A stretch of 64,000 nucleotides of DNA from Pirellulales bacterium (GCA_040901675.1 JBBDYJ010000035.1:160001-224000); one strand, 5' to 3'. Counted from the first letter of the stretch, positions 18,814 through 28,949 are shown. A program made the numbers and translations. Notes: a model not told the origin generated them from the letters alone.

Positions 18814-19622
18814 AGCTTGGCGGATAGGGCGATGCCGGCCAATGTCAAATGTGGTTCAAACCGGGCCGACGGCGACAACAACCCGGCAACGGCGGGCGCG
18901 GCTCCGCCGGTCAGGTAGATCTGGCAGCCGGCCGGCTGGGACGCCGAGAGCAACTCGATCAACTGCCGGATACCGCCCACCGCGCCCCAATAGATTCCCG
19001 ACCGCAAAGCTTCGATCGTGGATGCGCCCAGAGCGGCAGGCGGTTCGTCGAGGCGGGGCATGTCCAGCAGCGGCAACAGATCGGTGAACGCGTGCAATGC
19101 ACGGGCGGCCAGGGCGATGCCCGGCAGGATGGCGCCTCCTAAAAAAGTGCCTGCCGGCGACACCAGGTCGACAGTGATCGCCGTTCCCAGGTCGACGACG
19201 ATCGCGGCATGGTCCGGTTTGCGAAGCCGGTTTACGGCCACGGCCGCCAGCAGCCGATCGATGCCCACCATATCGGGCCGGGGCAGCTCGACAGTCAACG
19301 GCAAGTCCAGTGAGGCCAGCAATGTCAGGCGCAGGGGCGCTTCCCCGCCGTGCTTCCGACGGAGCCAGTCGACAAGCCGCGAAGCGACCGTGCGCTCGAC
19401 GCTGCCGACCCACCAACAGGCCGAGCGCGCTTCGAGCGGTGACAGCCAGGCGGCCAGTTCGTCGAGCCAGCCGTCCGCGCCGGCGAGTTCCAAGGTGCGC
19501 AGCGCAACAGGCAGCCGGTCCGCTTCCGCCGTACTCACGGCCTGGCGATCGAACAGGCCGAACTTCAAGCGGCTGTTGCCGATGTCGACGGCCACCAGGG
19601 GATCGTTCGCGGTGCCGGGCAT
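18810..19622 (-). CDS. coaX: Type III pantothenate kinase
   Basis: VDIGNSRLK, VGIDRL, VDLGTAITVD, GGAILPG, LTGG. Confidence 0.92.
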   Translation of the reverse strand: MPGTANDPLVAVDIGNSRLKFGLFDRQAVSTAEADRLPVALRTLELAGADGWLDELAAWLSPLEARSACWWVGSVERTVASRLVDWLRRKHGGEAPLRLTLLASLDLPLTVELPRPDMVGIDRLLAAVAVNRLRKPDHAAIVVDLGTAITVDLVSPAGTFLGGAILPGIALAARALHAFTDLLPLLDMPRLDEPPAALGASTIEALRSGIYWGAVGGIRQLIELLSASQPAGCQIYLTGGAAPAVAGLLSPSARFEPHLTLAGIALSAKL

Positions 19623-19649
19623 TGCCGTTGCGTCAGGTGTTGCGCCCCT

Positions 19650-20663
19650 TTAGCCTCGCGTGCCGGCCATCTGACGGGCCGATTCGAGTGCCGCGGCAAT
19701 CGCCCGCAGCAGCTTGTCCAAGCCTGCGCCGGTTACCGCCGACACCGCGAGCACGTCTCGCCCCAGCGTTGCCTCGAGTCGCGCTTGCACCGCGGGGGCG
19801 GAAGGCAGCTCGGCCTTGGAAACAACCAGGATCTCGGGACGCTGGCCCAGCGAAACATCGTAGCGGTCGAGCTCCTGCCGGATCACCTGGTAATTGGCCA
19901 ACGGATCGCTCCCGTCGGCCGGTTCGGGCTCGACCAGGTGAACCAGGATCCCGGCCCTCTGCACGTGGCGCAGGAACTCGTGGCCCAGCCCCAGCCCCTC
20001 GTGCGCGCCTTCGATCAAGCCGGGAATGTCGGCCAGCACGAACGAACGCTCCGAGTCGATCCGCACCAGCCCCAGGTTCGGATGTTTGGTGGTGAATGGA
20101 TAGGATGCGATCCGCGGCCTGGCTCGCGACAAGCGGCTCAGCAGCGTGCTCTTGCCGGCGTTCGGCTTTCCGATCAGCCCGACGTCGGCAATGACTTTCA
20201 GCTCCAGGACCAGGCGGCGGGATTCGCCCGCTTCGCCGGGCGTCGATTGCCGGGGCGCTCGGTTGGTGGCCGACTTGAAGCGCAGGTTGCCCTTGCCCCC
20301 CCGGCCTCCCCTGGCGGCCACCACCTGGTCGCCGGGCTGGGCCAGGTCCTTCAGCACGAAGCCACCGGCCGCGTCGATCACCAGCGTGCCCGGCGGAACC
20401 TGGATCAGCAGGTCTTCGGCACTGGCTCCGTGACGGTTGGCGCCCTGGCCGGCCTGGCCGCTGGAGGCCTTCCACTGCTTGCGGTGCGCCATCGCGGCCA
20501 GGCTGTCCACTCCCGGCTCGGCCACAATCACGACGCTGCCGCCGTCGCCGCCGTCGCCGCCATCGGGCCCCCCGCGCGGCACAAACTTTTCGCGGCGAAA
20601 GCTGACACAGCCGTCGCCCCCCTTGCCTGCCAGCACCTCGATTTCGACTCGGTCGACAAACAT
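19650..20663 (-). CDS. obgE: GTPase Obg/CgtA
   Basis: [46 protein letters not shown]. Confidence 0.97.
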   Translation of the reverse strand: MFVDRVEIEVLAGKGGDGCVSFRREKFVPRGGPDGGDGGDGGSVVIVAEPGVDSLAAMAHRKQWKASSGQAGQGANRHGASAEDLLIQVPPGTLVIDAAGGFVLKDLAQPGDQVVAARGGRGGKGNLRFKSATNRAPRQSTPGEAGESRRLVLELKVIADVGLIGKPNAGKSTLLSRLSRARPRIASYPFTTKHPNLGLVRIDSERSFVLADIPGLIEGAHEGLGLGHEFLRHVQRAGILVHLVEPEPADGSDPLANYQVIRQELDRYDVSLGQRPEILVVSKAELPSAPAVQARLEATLGRDVLAVSAVTGAGLDKLLRAIAAALESARQMAGTRG

Positions 20664-20763
20664 GACAAGTAGCCCCGCGGCACGGCGCAAAGGGAAAGGG
20701 ATGACCCCGCGGGCCACCCCTTACGTAACCACATCCGCCGGGAGAGGGTCGGGCGGGGCAGCG

Positions 20764-21027
20764 TTAGAGCCGGGCTGGCTTCGACGCTGCGACGATGCTC
20801 ACGCGGCGGCCGTCACGGTCGAACTTGACCAAACCATCCACCAGCGCGAACAGGGTGTAGTCGTTGCCCTGTCCGACGCCCTTGCCCGGGAAAAAGCGGT
20901 TGCCCACCTGTCGGACCAGGATATTCCCGGCGGAGACCTGCTGGCCGCCGAACTTCTTGACGCCCCGGCGCTGGCCGTTCGAGTCGCGGCCGTTGCGGCT
21001 GGAACCTTGTCCCTTCTTGTGTGCCAT
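20764..21027 (-). CDS. rpmA: 50S ribosomal protein L27
   Basis: [17 protein letters not shown]…AGNILVRQ…DYTLFAL. Confidence 0.98.
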   Translation of the reverse strand: MAHKKGQGSSRNGRDSNGQRRGVKKFGGQQVSAGNILVRQVGNRFFPGKGVGQGNDYTLFALVDGLVKFDRDGRRVSIVAASKPARL

Positions 21028-21061
21028 TCGATCCAGACTCCCCTAAAACTCCTCGACCTAC

Positions 21062-21097
21062 CCTCTTGAAGGGGCCTCTTGAAGGGGCCTCTTGAAG
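21062..21097. repeat. 13-bp tandem repeat (CCTCTTGAAGGGG x ~2.8) in the rpmA leader
   Basis: Read directly from the sequence. Confidence 0.9.
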
Positions 21098-21142
21098 CGG
21101 ATCCGGGCCTCTCGCCCGGCTCACGTGCGCAGGCCATGATTT

Positions 21143-22183
21143 CTATCGGTAAACCCAGAGATAGTCAACCTGCTCTTCCGCCGTGAGTCCAAAGCGCTCG
21201 ATGCCTGGATGGTCGTGGTAGCCGTAGCGGATCTCTCCCTCGTGCTCGTAAAACTGGTCGCCCGGCCGCCAGAAGTTGAGCCGCAGCGTCTTGGGCAGGA
21301 TCTTGCGGCCCGTGCCGGCGGGCTGGCCCGCCTGGTACGCGTAGGCGGCCGGTTCACCGGTCTTGGCATCTTCCCAGCGGTAGGCGTTCGTGAGGCCTTG
21401 CACGTAAATCGAGAAATGATCGGTGGTCGGGTCGATGTCCTCCCAGGTGGCGACGCCCCAAACGCTGTTGTCCTGCTCGTCGCTGCTGGGCGGGATTTCG
21501 TCCATCATGTCGACTGTGTTGCGCAGCCGCGCAGGAGCACCGCCGAGGACCTTGTCGGCGTTGATGATGCGGCGGCTCGCATCCTCCCTGGCCTGGATTG
21601 CTGCCACCGCCACGGGGATGACCCGGTCGGGGTAGACCTTGCCCGTGTCCCAACTCTCGAGCCGCAACTGCGGTATGAAATGCACCGGCTCGGCCATGTC
21701 GGTGTACTCGACCGAGACCGTGCCGTCGGCGCTCACCGTGCGGTGCGCCTTTTTGCCCGTGTTCTTCACTTTGTAAACCAGGTACCAGATCAGCTTCCGC
21801 TGCATGCGCCCCTGCTCGTCGGGCACATCCACCTCGATCAACCGGACCGGTTTGAACGTGAACTCCAGCGCCCAGATGTCCCGCTCGAAGACAACGTCCT
21901 TCGCCTGCGAGCGTCCCTTGGTATAGGGCCGCTCGCTGTAGGCGGGATCGACCGCCAGCACCTCGACCAGGTCGTGGCGGCTGAACGTAGCGCCGGGATC
22001 CGGTTGGGACGGAATCGTAATCTCCACTCCCGGACCGATGGCTCCGAACCGCCCAGTCGGTGGTGGTTGCACGGCATCACGGCGCGCAGGTGCCGGCTGA
22101 GCCAGCAACGGCAAGGGAGGCGTTGCCAATCCCAGCGCAAGCCCCAAGGCAAGACCTATCGACGACCGGTGGAGTTGATGCAT
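21143..22183 (-). CDS. Exported hypothetical protein
   Basis: ATG 22183 followed by a signal-like stretch; host-like codon usage; beta-rich with WYLVYKV, VWGVATWEDID, FWRPGD. Confidence 0.75.
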   Translation of the reverse strand: MHQLHRSSIGLALGLALGLATPPLPLLAQPAPARRDAVQPPPTGRFGAIGPGVEITIPSQPDPGATFSRHDLVEVLAVDPAYSERPYTKGRSQAKDVVFERDIWALEFTFKPVRLIEVDVPDEQGRMQRKLIWYLVYKVKNTGKKAHRTVSADGTVSVEYTDMAEPVHFIPQLRLESWDTGKVYPDRVIPVAVAAIQAREDASRRIINADKVLGGAPARLRNTVDMMDEIPPSSDEQDNSVWGVATWEDIDPTTDHFSIYVQGLTNAYRWEDAKTGEPAAYAYQAGQPAGTGRKILPKTLRLNFWRPGDQFYEHEGEIRYGYHDHPGIERFGLTAEEQVDYLWVYR

Positions 22184-22243
22184 ACCTGAGAGTGCTCGAA
22201 ATGAGTTGCCGAGAGCTGGAAAAGATCGATCCCGGAACCTCTT

Positions 22244-22273
22244 AGTATAGTTGCCCTTGCAAAGAAGGGGCAA
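22244..22273 (-). promoter_or_regulatory. Putative sigma-70 promoter for the hypothetical-rpmA-obgE-coaX-mnmE-like unit
   Basis: TTGCCC-N18-TATACT on the minus strand. Confidence 0.5.
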
Positions 22274-22338
22274 ACTTTTCCCGCCGTTTTTCGCCCGGCG
22301 GCGAGGTGCGGCCGCAGGCCGCGGATTGGACACGCTGT

Positions 22339-23736
22339 CTAGCGGGACTGGACCTTCTGCCCGGCCCTCTGCCCGACCCTGTCCGGCCGGGCGGCCGTCG
22401 CGGCTTGACCCGGTGCGAACTGCACCGACGAAACCAGCATTTCATCCGCCCCGGCCAGACGCTCCACCAGTCCCGGCTCGACGGTAAAGGCGAAAACCAC
22501 CTGCCGGCCCTCCGCGCCCGCCACCAGGTAGTAGTGCCACCGCATCGGCAGCTCGGCGACCTCACCCTCGGCGACGACGCGGTAAGTCAGCAGGCCCCCG
22601 GCCTCGGACGCCGCCGCCTCGCGTATCTGCCGGAAGTCGCCGCTCAACGACCGCCCGATGTCGGCCTGGAACTTCGGGAGCGTTACGTGCTTACCCGGCT
22701 CGACCGGGGGCAGGGCCGACACGTTGCACTGGGCAATCAGTTCGCCGCGATCCACGAGACGCATGGCGAGCAAGTCGGCCCGGTCGTCCATGATGTGCCA
22801 GCGGCGGTCGTAAGCAAGCTGGAACTTGCCACCGGGCGATTCGTACTCCAGCAGGGTGGCCTGGGGATGCGGCTCCACTTCCAGCCCCGCCAGCGTTTGG
22901 TCGGAGAGGTTTCCAACCGCCCGCACCGGGGCCACCGTCATCATCAGCTTGGCAACCACGTCGACGCCGGGACCCACGTGTCCGACGGAGCGTTTTTCCT
23001 GGATCAGCAGCCCCAGCCGCGTCACCCGCCGCTGAGCGAACGAAAACGAATACTTGCCCTTCAATTCGATTTCGGTGGCCACTCCTCCGATGGCCCCGTG
23101 CAGTTTGCCCCCCAACTCGATGCTGGCTGTCTGGCCATCGGCGGCCACGAGCTCGCTCGCCACGTCGGCCTGACTGACGGCATCCAGTCCCAGCAGCGCG
23201 GCTAAGAGCCGGTCGCCGTGCTCCCAATGGTCTCCCACGGCCACGGCCGTGCCGGGCAACAGGCTGTCGATGAGCAAGCTGTTGGCCGGAATATCGACCA
23301 GGTCCAGCTCTTCCCGCGTCAGGGGCCCCAGAGGACTGAAAATAGTGGTTCCGCCCTGATCGACCTGGGCAACCAGGAGATTGCGGTCTTCGCGCAGCGA
23401 GGGCTTGAGACCTCCCTTTTCGACCTTGATCACAGCTTCGGCACGGTCGTAGTGCCGTGTCGCGCGCACTGTGTCCGCGGCATTGCCGGCGGACAGCAGC
23501 TTTTCATCATAAGCCAGCTTGGCCACCACGCTCATTTTGAGCGGTTTCAGCACGCCGTCTTCGACCGTGGTCAAGTCGCCCCCCACTTCCAGGCTGACTT
23601 CAACGCGGGCCATGTCTCCCGGCTTTCGTTGGCACCCCAGACGGTGCGCGGTCCCGGCCGGTGCGGGGGTGGCTGGCAGTACACCGAACAGGCAGATGGC
23701 TACGGCTGCCCTATGGGTCCAAACGCAGTTGTTCAT
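22339..23736 (-). CDS. Exported hypothetical protein
   Basis: 465-aa ORF, signal-like N-terminus, host-like codon usage. Confidence 0.75.
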   Translation of the reverse strand: MNNCVWTHRAAVAICLFGVLPATPAPAGTAHRLGCQRKPGDMARVEVSLEVGGDLTTVEDGVLKPLKMSVVAKLAYDEKLLSAGNAADTVRATRHYDRAEAVIKVEKGGLKPSLREDRNLLVAQVDQGGTTIFSPLGPLTREELDLVDIPANSLLIDSLLPGTAVAVGDHWEHGDRLLAALLGLDAVSQADVASELVAADGQTASIELGGKLHGAIGGVATEIELKGKYSFSFAQRRVTRLGLLIQEKRSVGHVGPGVDVVAKLMMTVAPVRAVGNLSDQTLAGLEVEPHPQATLLEYESPGGKFQLAYDRRWHIMDDRADLLAMRLVDRGELIAQCNVSALPPVEPGKHVTLPKFQADIGRSLSGDFRQIREAAASEAGGLLTYRVVAEGEVAELPMRWHYYLVAGAEGRQVVFAFTVEPGLVERLAGADEMLVSSVQFAPGQAATAARPDRVGQRAGQKVQSR

Positions 23737-24344
23737 CGCTTTTCCTACTGGGGGCCGTTATTGGTCCGGCCATGCCGGTTGCGCCAGGCTTATCGACCGG
23801 GCAGAAGGTAAAGTTGAATCGAAGCCCCTGGGCTGGCCGGCGTGGTTTCGACCCCTGCCAGGACGCTCGGCTGCCTGTCATTTTGGCAGTAAGTGGCGGG
23901 CCGGTGCCCAAGCCCTAGGAATCAGGGATTGGTACTTGTCCTGCGAAATGGCAGTGCTACGCGATTTGCGTGCGATTGGCTCGCCGATTGCTCAATTTGG
24001 GGGGGGCTTGTTGGGCCTGTGGCCGCCTGGGTTTAACAAATTTCGCCGCGAGGCGAACTTTTAGTGGGCGGTTGGACACTTTATTGCGTAGGACTAGTAC
24101 ACCTGGTATGCCCCCCCAGGGGTAGTTATTGGAACGACGGGGGCCGATTTTGGTGGTTCGCACGCGGCAACGGATTTGCCGCTGGATGCCGCCGGGCGGT
24201 AAGATGGGCCCGCCGGATGGACGCCTGGTTCAATGGAACTCGTCCCCGCGGTTGGGCCATCGGACGCCCAAGAGGAAAGAGATAGCCCCGGCGGGCGCGG
24301 AGTCGCAGGGAACACCGCCGGATTGGCTCGAGAAGGGGATTTCA

Positions 24345-26012
24345 ATGCACACCGACTACCTGAATCCTGTCATTCGACAATTGCGGGACCAGCAGGTCCG
24401 CTATGCGCCGCGCGAGAAGAAACTCGACCAGGCCGACCGTGCAGAGCGGTTGCTGGCCGAGCTCGACGACGCTCGTACCTATTCGTATGAATATCTGTGC
24501 TACCGGATCACCGACTTCCGGCCTGAATCGTATCCGGGCATGAAGTTGAGCGGCGAAGAGGCTCGCCACGACTTGCGGCTGTTCGTCGAAGACGTTTCCG
24601 ACGCGGCCAACGTGCCGGCCGAAGCGGCCGGTGAGCAGGTCCTGACGGTGGAGGAATTGAGCCGGCAGTTCAAGGTATCGACCAAGACCATATCGCGTTG
24701 GCGCCAGCAAGGGCTGGTGAGCCGGCGGTTCATGTTCGATGGTCGCAAGCGAGTCGGCTTTTTGAAGAGCTCAGTGGACCGATTCGTGAAGGGCAACGAA
24801 GAGCGGGTGCACCGCGGAGCGCGTTTCAGCCAGCTCAGCGAAGACGAGCGATCGAGCATCATCGACCGCGCGCGCCGGCTGGCCCGCGCGGGCGGCTGCC
24901 CGGCGGAAGTCACCCGCCGGCTTGCCGAGCGGATGGGACGCAGCGTGGAGACGATCCGCTACACGCTCAAGGCATTTGACCAGGACCATCCGGATCTGGC
25001 CATTTTCCCGGAGAACTCCGGCCCGTTGTCCGACGAAGCCAAGCGCAAGATCGACCAGCAGTATCGCCGCGGCGTGTCGGTCGACGTGTTAGCCAAGCGG
25101 CATTGCCGGACCAAGACCAGCATCTACCGCGTCATCAACGAGATGCGGGCGGTGCGGATCCTCGAGCTGCCCCTGGACTACATCGACAACCCGCTGTTTT
25201 CGCAGCCGGGTGCCGAAAAGATCGTCCTGGGCCCGATGCCCGAAAACGCGGCGCCGGCCAAGAAAACCCGGCTGCCCAGCGGGCTGCCCCCCTATCTTGC
25301 CAGCCTCTACGAGGTCACCCTGCTGTCGCGCGAGCAGGAAGTACACCTGTTCCGCAAGCTGAACTACCTCAAGCATCGGGCCAGCCGGCTGCGCGAGCCG
25401 CTCGATCCGGCCCGCGCCAAGAGCAGCTTGATGGACCAGGTCGAAAAGCTCTACGACGAGGCGGTCGCCACCAAGAACCTCATCATCCGGGCCAACCTGC
25501 GGCTGGTCGTTTCGATCGCCAAGCGGCACGTCGGGCCGGCCGACAACTTCTTCGAGCTGGTCAGCGATGGCAACATGTCCTTGATCCGGGCGGTCGAGAA
25601 GTTCGACTTCGCCCGCGGCAACAAGTTCAGCACGTACGCCAGTTGGGCGATCATGAAGAACTTCGCCCGCACCATTCCCGACGAGCTGCGCCGCCGCGAT
25701 CGCTTCCGGACCAGCAACGAGGAGATGTTTTCGGCCACCGAGGACGAACGGACCGACCAGTACGAGCTGGAAAGCGCCCAGCAGCAGCGCGAGCAGCAGA
25801 TCGGCAAGATCCTGGAGCGGCTCGACGACCGCGAGCAGAAAATCATTATCAGCCGTTTTGGCCTGGCCCGCGGGCAGGAACCCTTGACGCTGAAGGAGGT
25901 TGGCGCCGAAATGGGTGTCACCAAGGAACGCGTCCGCCAAATCGAGGCCCGGGCCCTCAGCAAGCTGCGCAAGGCGGCCCAGGAGGAAAGAATCGAGATT
26001 CCCGGCCTGTAA
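24345..26012 (+). CDS. Sigma-70 family sigma factor with a long N-terminal multi-HTH extension
   Basis: Region 1.2 LLSREQE, region 2 ANLRLVVSIAK…AVEKFDFARGNKFSTYA, region 4 LTLKEVGAEMGVTKERVRQIEARAL; AAGGGG RBS. Confidence 0.9.
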   Translation: MHTDYLNPVIRQLRDQQVRYAPREKKLDQADRAERLLAELDDARTYSYEYLCYRITDFRPESYPGMKLSGEEARHDLRLFVEDVSDAANVPAEAAGEQVLTVEELSRQFKVSTKTISRWRQQGLVSRRFMFDGRKRVGFLKSSVDRFVKGNEERVHRGARFSQLSEDERSSIIDRARRLARAGGCPAEVTRRLAERMGRSVETIRYTLKAFDQDHPDLAIFPENSGPLSDEAKRKIDQQYRRGVSVDVLAKRHCRTKTSIYRVINEMRAVRILELPLDYIDNPLFSQPGAEKIVLGPMPENAAPAKKTRLPSGLPPYLASLYEVTLLSREQEVHLFRKLNYLKHRASRLREPLDPARAKSSLMDQVEKLYDEAVATKNLIIRANLRLVVSIAKRHVGPADNFFELVSDGNMSLIRAVEKFDFARGNKFSTYASWAIMKNFARTIPDELRRRDRFRTSNEEMFSATEDERTDQYELESAQQQREQQIGKILERLDDREQKIIISRFGLARGQEPLTLKEVGAEMGVTKERVRQIEARALSKLRKAAQEERIEIPGL

Positions 26013-26033
26013 AGCCGGGCCTCCCCGGCGGAC

Positions 26034-26092
26034 GTTGGACGGCCTTCCCAGGCCGTCCAGACAGGTAACGACCGGCAGGAAGCCCGTCCTAT
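26034..26092. repeat. Inverted REP-like doublet, same family as 556-597
   Basis: GTTGGACGGCCTTCCCAGGCCGTC (26034-26057) and reverse-strand ATAGGACGGGCTTCCTGCCGGTC (26070-26092). Confidence 0.55.
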
Positions 26093-26106
26093 TGCACATG
26101 GCACGG

Positions 26107-26136
26107 GGGGTCGCCGGAGTCCGGCGACCCCGTTTT
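26107..26136 (+). terminator. Probable intrinsic terminator after the sigma factor gene
   Basis: 11-bp stem GGGGTCGCCGG/CCGGCGACCCC, 3-nt loop, followed by GTTTT. Confidence 0.55.
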
Positions 26137-26148
26137 GCTCGCTTCGAT

Positions 26149-26196
26149 GCAGCTCACTTTCGAGGCAGCCCACTTTCGAAGCAGCCCACTTTCGAA
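26149..26196. repeat. 16-bp tandem repeat (GCAGCCCACTTTCGAA x3)
   Basis: Units at 26149, 26165, 26181; the first has 2 mismatches. Confidence 0.9.
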
Positions 26197-26266
26197 TCAG
26201 CGGCGCGGTCGTCCGCCGGGATGGCGGGCAGAATGCATGCCAAGGCCGATTTTTCCCCGGTCCATA

Positions 26267-26294
26267 TTGCAGATGGTGCCAGGTTCATTATATT
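26267..26294 (+). promoter_or_regulatory. Putative promoter of the tRNA-tuf operon
   Basis: TTGCAG-N16-TATATT in an AT-rich patch about 28 nt before tRNA-Thr. Confidence 0.5.
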
Positions 26295-26321
26295 TACTTG
26301 TTTTCGTGGCGGGTCGCGCAG

Positions 26322-26394
26322 GCTAGCGTAGCTCAACTGGCAGAGCGGCTGATTTGTAATCAGCAGGTTGTGGGTTCAAGTCCCTCCGCTAGCT
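26322..26394 (+). tRNA. tRNA-Thr(TGT)
   Basis: Cloverleaf, acceptor GCTAGCG/CGCTAGC, anticodon loop TTTGTAA, TTCAAGT T-loop; CCA not encoded. Confidence 0.95.
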
Positions 26395-26490
26395 CGTAGG
26401 GACGAAGGTATTCCAGGCAATCTTGGGATCGCTGCGGGCGGCCGGTGCAGTCCCGGCGGCGAATTCGCTGCCCGGCGAGCTTTCGCGAGC

Positions 26491-26572
26491 GGGGGGTTTC
26501 CCGAGCGGTCAAAGGGGTCAGACTGTAAATCTGATGGCTATGCCTTCACAGGTTCGAATCCTGTACCCCCCA
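26491..26572 (+). tRNA. tRNA-Tyr(GTA)
   Basis: Acceptor GGGGGGT/ACCCCCC, anticodon loop CTGTAAA, long variable arm, TTCGAAT. Confidence 0.96.
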
Positions 26573-26630
26573 GTTATTCAGCCCTGCTGGCGCCCGCCGG
26601 CCTGATAGAATTGGTAGCCTGCCGACCGAT

Positions 26631-26701
26631 GCGGGTGTAGCTCAATGGTAGAGCAATAGCCTTCCAAGCTAAAGACGAGGGTTCGATTCCCTTCACCCGC
26701 T
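26631..26701 (+). tRNA. tRNA-Gly(TCC)
   Basis: Acceptor GCGGGTG/CACCCGC, anticodon loop CTTCCAA, TTCGATT. Confidence 0.96.
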
Positions 26702-26773
26702 TTGCCCGCCTGTCCCCTGGCGGGCGGGGGGCTGGTGGGACTTGAGACAGGAACTGCTGAACACGTGGCCCAA

Positions 26774-26846
<73 letters not shown>

Positions 26847-26902
26847 CCTTTTGCACTGATTGAATCTGGTAACGACCATCGCTTTGAACGCAGGGAGACA
26901 GA

Positions 26903-28102
26903 ATGGCCAAGGCTACTTTCGAACGGACCAAACCGCACGTCAACGTGGGCACCATCGGCCACATCGACCATGGAAAAACGACCCTGACGGGGGCCATCCT
27001 CGCCGTTCAGTCGGCCAAGGGACTGGCCAGCTTCAAGTCGTATGCGGATATCGCCAAGGGCGGCACCGTCCGCGACGAAACCAAGACCGTCACCATCGCC
27101 GTCAGCCACGTGGAATACGAGACGGCCAACCGGCATTACGCCCACATCGATTGCCCGGGCCACGCCGACTTCATCAAGAACATGATCACCGGGGCCGCCC
27201 AGATGGACGGCGCCATCCTGGTCGTGTCGGCCGCCGATGGACCCATGCCCCAGACCCGTGAGCACATCCTGCTGGCTCGCCAGGTGGGCGTGCCGGCCCT
27301 GGTCGTGTTTTTGAACAAGGTCGACCTGGTCGACGACGAAGAGCTATTGGAGCTGGTCGAGCTGGAGCTCCGCGAGTTGTTGACCCACTATGGTTTCCCG
27401 GGGGAGGAAATCCCCATCATTCGCGGCGCCAGCCGGCCGGCCTACGATACCCCGACCGACCCGGAGAAGACCAAGTGCATCCAGGAACTGATGGATGCCA
27501 TCGACAACTACATCCCGGAGCCGATCCGCGAGGTCGACAAGCCGTTCTTGATGGCCGTGGAAGACGTGTTCTCGATTGAAGGCCGCGGCACCGTCGCCAC
27601 CGGGCGAATCGAGCGGGGCGTCGTGCACGTGGGCGACGAGGTGGAGGTGATCGGTCTGGCCAAGAAACCGTTCAAGACCACGGTGACCGGCGTGGAGATG
27701 TTCAACAAGACTCTGAACGAGGGCCAGGCCGGCGACAATGTCGGCTGCCTGCTGCGGGGCCTGAAACGCGAGGACATCGAGCGGGGCCAGGTCCTGGCCA
27801 AGCCCGGTTCGATCACTCCGCATACCAAGTTCGAGGCCGAAGTGTACGTGCTGTCGAAGGAGGAAGGTGGCCGGCACACGCCGTTCTTCAGCGGTTACCG
27901 GCCGCAGTTCTACTTCCGCACGACCGACGTCACCGGCAGCGCGAACCTTACCGGCGACATCGAGATGTGCATGCCGGGCGACAATGCCAAGCTGAGCATC
28001 GAGCTGATCAGCCCCATTGCCATGGACGACGGGGTGCGTTTCGCCATTCGCGAGGGTGGCAAGACAGTCGGGTCGGGCGTGGTCACCAAGATCATCGAGT
28101 AA
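26903..28102 (+). CDS. tuf: Elongation factor Tu
   Basis: [42 protein letters not shown]. Confidence 0.99.
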   Translation: MAKATFERTKPHVNVGTIGHIDHGKTTLTGAILAVQSAKGLASFKSYADIAKGGTVRDETKTVTIAVSHVEYETANRHYAHIDCPGHADFIKNMITGAAQMDGAILVVSAADGPMPQTREHILLARQVGVPALVVFLNKVDLVDDEELLELVELELRELLTHYGFPGEEIPIIRGASRPAYDTPTDPEKTKCIQELMDAIDNYIPEPIREVDKPFLMAVEDVFSIEGRGTVATGRIERGVVHVGDEVEVIGLAKKPFKTTVTGVEMFNKTLNEGQAGDNVGCLLRGLKREDIERGQVLAKPGSITPHTKFEAEVYVLSKEEGGRHTPFFSGYRPQFYFRTTDVTGSANLTGDIEMCMPGDNAKLSIELISPIAMDDGVRFAIREGGKTVGSGVVTKIIE

Positions 28103-28147
28103 ACGGATCCTATCGGGGCGACAAGCAGTTATCGAAACGTGGACAAT

Positions 28148-28223
28148 AGGGGTGTAGCTCAATTGGCAGAGCGCTGGTCTCCAAAACCAGAGGTTGCGAG
28201 TTCGATTCCCGCCGCCCCTGCCA
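28148..28223 (+). tRNA. tRNA-Trp(CCA)
   Basis: Acceptor AGGGGTG/CGCCCCT, anticodon loop CTCCAAA, encoded 3' CCA; usual tuf-trp-secE position. Confidence 0.96.
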
Positions 28224-28273
28224 ACAGTGTGCTGATTGCAACAGTGTGTTGATTGTTGATGTTGATTGTTGTT
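28222..28273. repeat. 17-bp tandem duplication (CAACAGTGTGYTGATTG x2) followed by a GATTGTT-like microrepeat
   Basis: Read directly from the sequence. Confidence 0.85.
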
Positions 28274-28375
28274 CGGGATTTGCGTTGTCGGATAACGGGT
28301 TGGCTTGGGGAGACGGCCCCCGCGGCCGGGCTCCCAAGGCCCCAAGCCCGGCGACCCCAAGGACGAGGTTAGACG

Positions 28376-28816
28376 GTGAAAAACGGAAACACAGCGGCCC
28401 GCGGCGAGTTGTGGCGCGACTTGTTCAGTCTGGGACTGTATAAGCGCAGCCAGGGGCGGATTGCCCGCCAGGTGACGTTCGCCGTGCTGGCGGTCGCGGT
28501 GGCCCTGGGAGCCTGGTCGCTCTATGAGTTTTTGACCGACAAGGCCCCCCGCTCGGTCCAGTACGCCAGTGCCTCCGTGCTCTGCGTGGTCGGCTTGTGG
28601 GTCGCGTTTCGAGTCGTCAATCTGCCTCGCTTCGCCGATTTTTTGATCGCCGTCGAGGCGGAGATGAACAAGGTCTCATGGCCGTCCAGGAGCGAACTTG
28701 CCCGCAGCGCCATGGTGGTCATGGTCACCATGTTTGGCCTGGCGGCCGTCTTGTACGCCTACGACCTGGTCTGGCAGACCTTGTTGACGGCGCTAGGCAT
28801 CCTGAGACGCGGCTAG
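28376..28816 (+). CDS. secE: Preprotein translocase subunit SecE (3-TM form)
   Basis: FLIAVEAEMNKVSWPSRSE followed by a TM helix; synteny. Confidence 0.93.
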   Translation: MKNGNTAARGELWRDLFSLGLYKRSQGRIARQVTFAVLAVAVALGAWSLYEFLTDKAPRSVQYASASVLCVVGLWVAFRVVNLPRFADFLIAVEAEMNKVSWPSRSELARSAMVVMVTMFGLAAVLYAYDLVWQTLLTALGILRRG

Positions 28817-28830
28817 CGGCGGCCGCGAAA

Positions 28831-28932
28831 TGGCGGGACGCGGCGTGGCGGGACGCGGCGTGGCGGGACGACTGGAAGGTGAGGCACGGAAAAGTCTGGT
28901 GGAAAACGTGGATTCTCAAAACGTGGATTCTC
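28831..28932. repeat. Two adjacent 15-bp tandem repeats: TGGCGGGACGCGGCG x2.7 (28831-28870) and AAAACGTGGATTCTC x2 (28903-28932)
   Basis: Read directly from the sequence. Confidence 0.9.
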
Positions 28933-28949
28933 ACAGGGGGGTTCCTGGC

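Noticed and set aside
26099..26237. Sigma-54 promoter candidates (TGGCACG… at 26099; TGGCGGG…TGCA at 26222)
   Set aside because: The first has wrong -24/-12 spacing; the second is a weak match, and a sigma-70-like promoter closer to the tRNA explains the locus.
28148..28260. Integrative element att site at the tRNA-Trp 3' end
   Set aside because: The duplication covers only the last 2 nt of the tRNA, no integrase is present, and secE follows in normal synteny.
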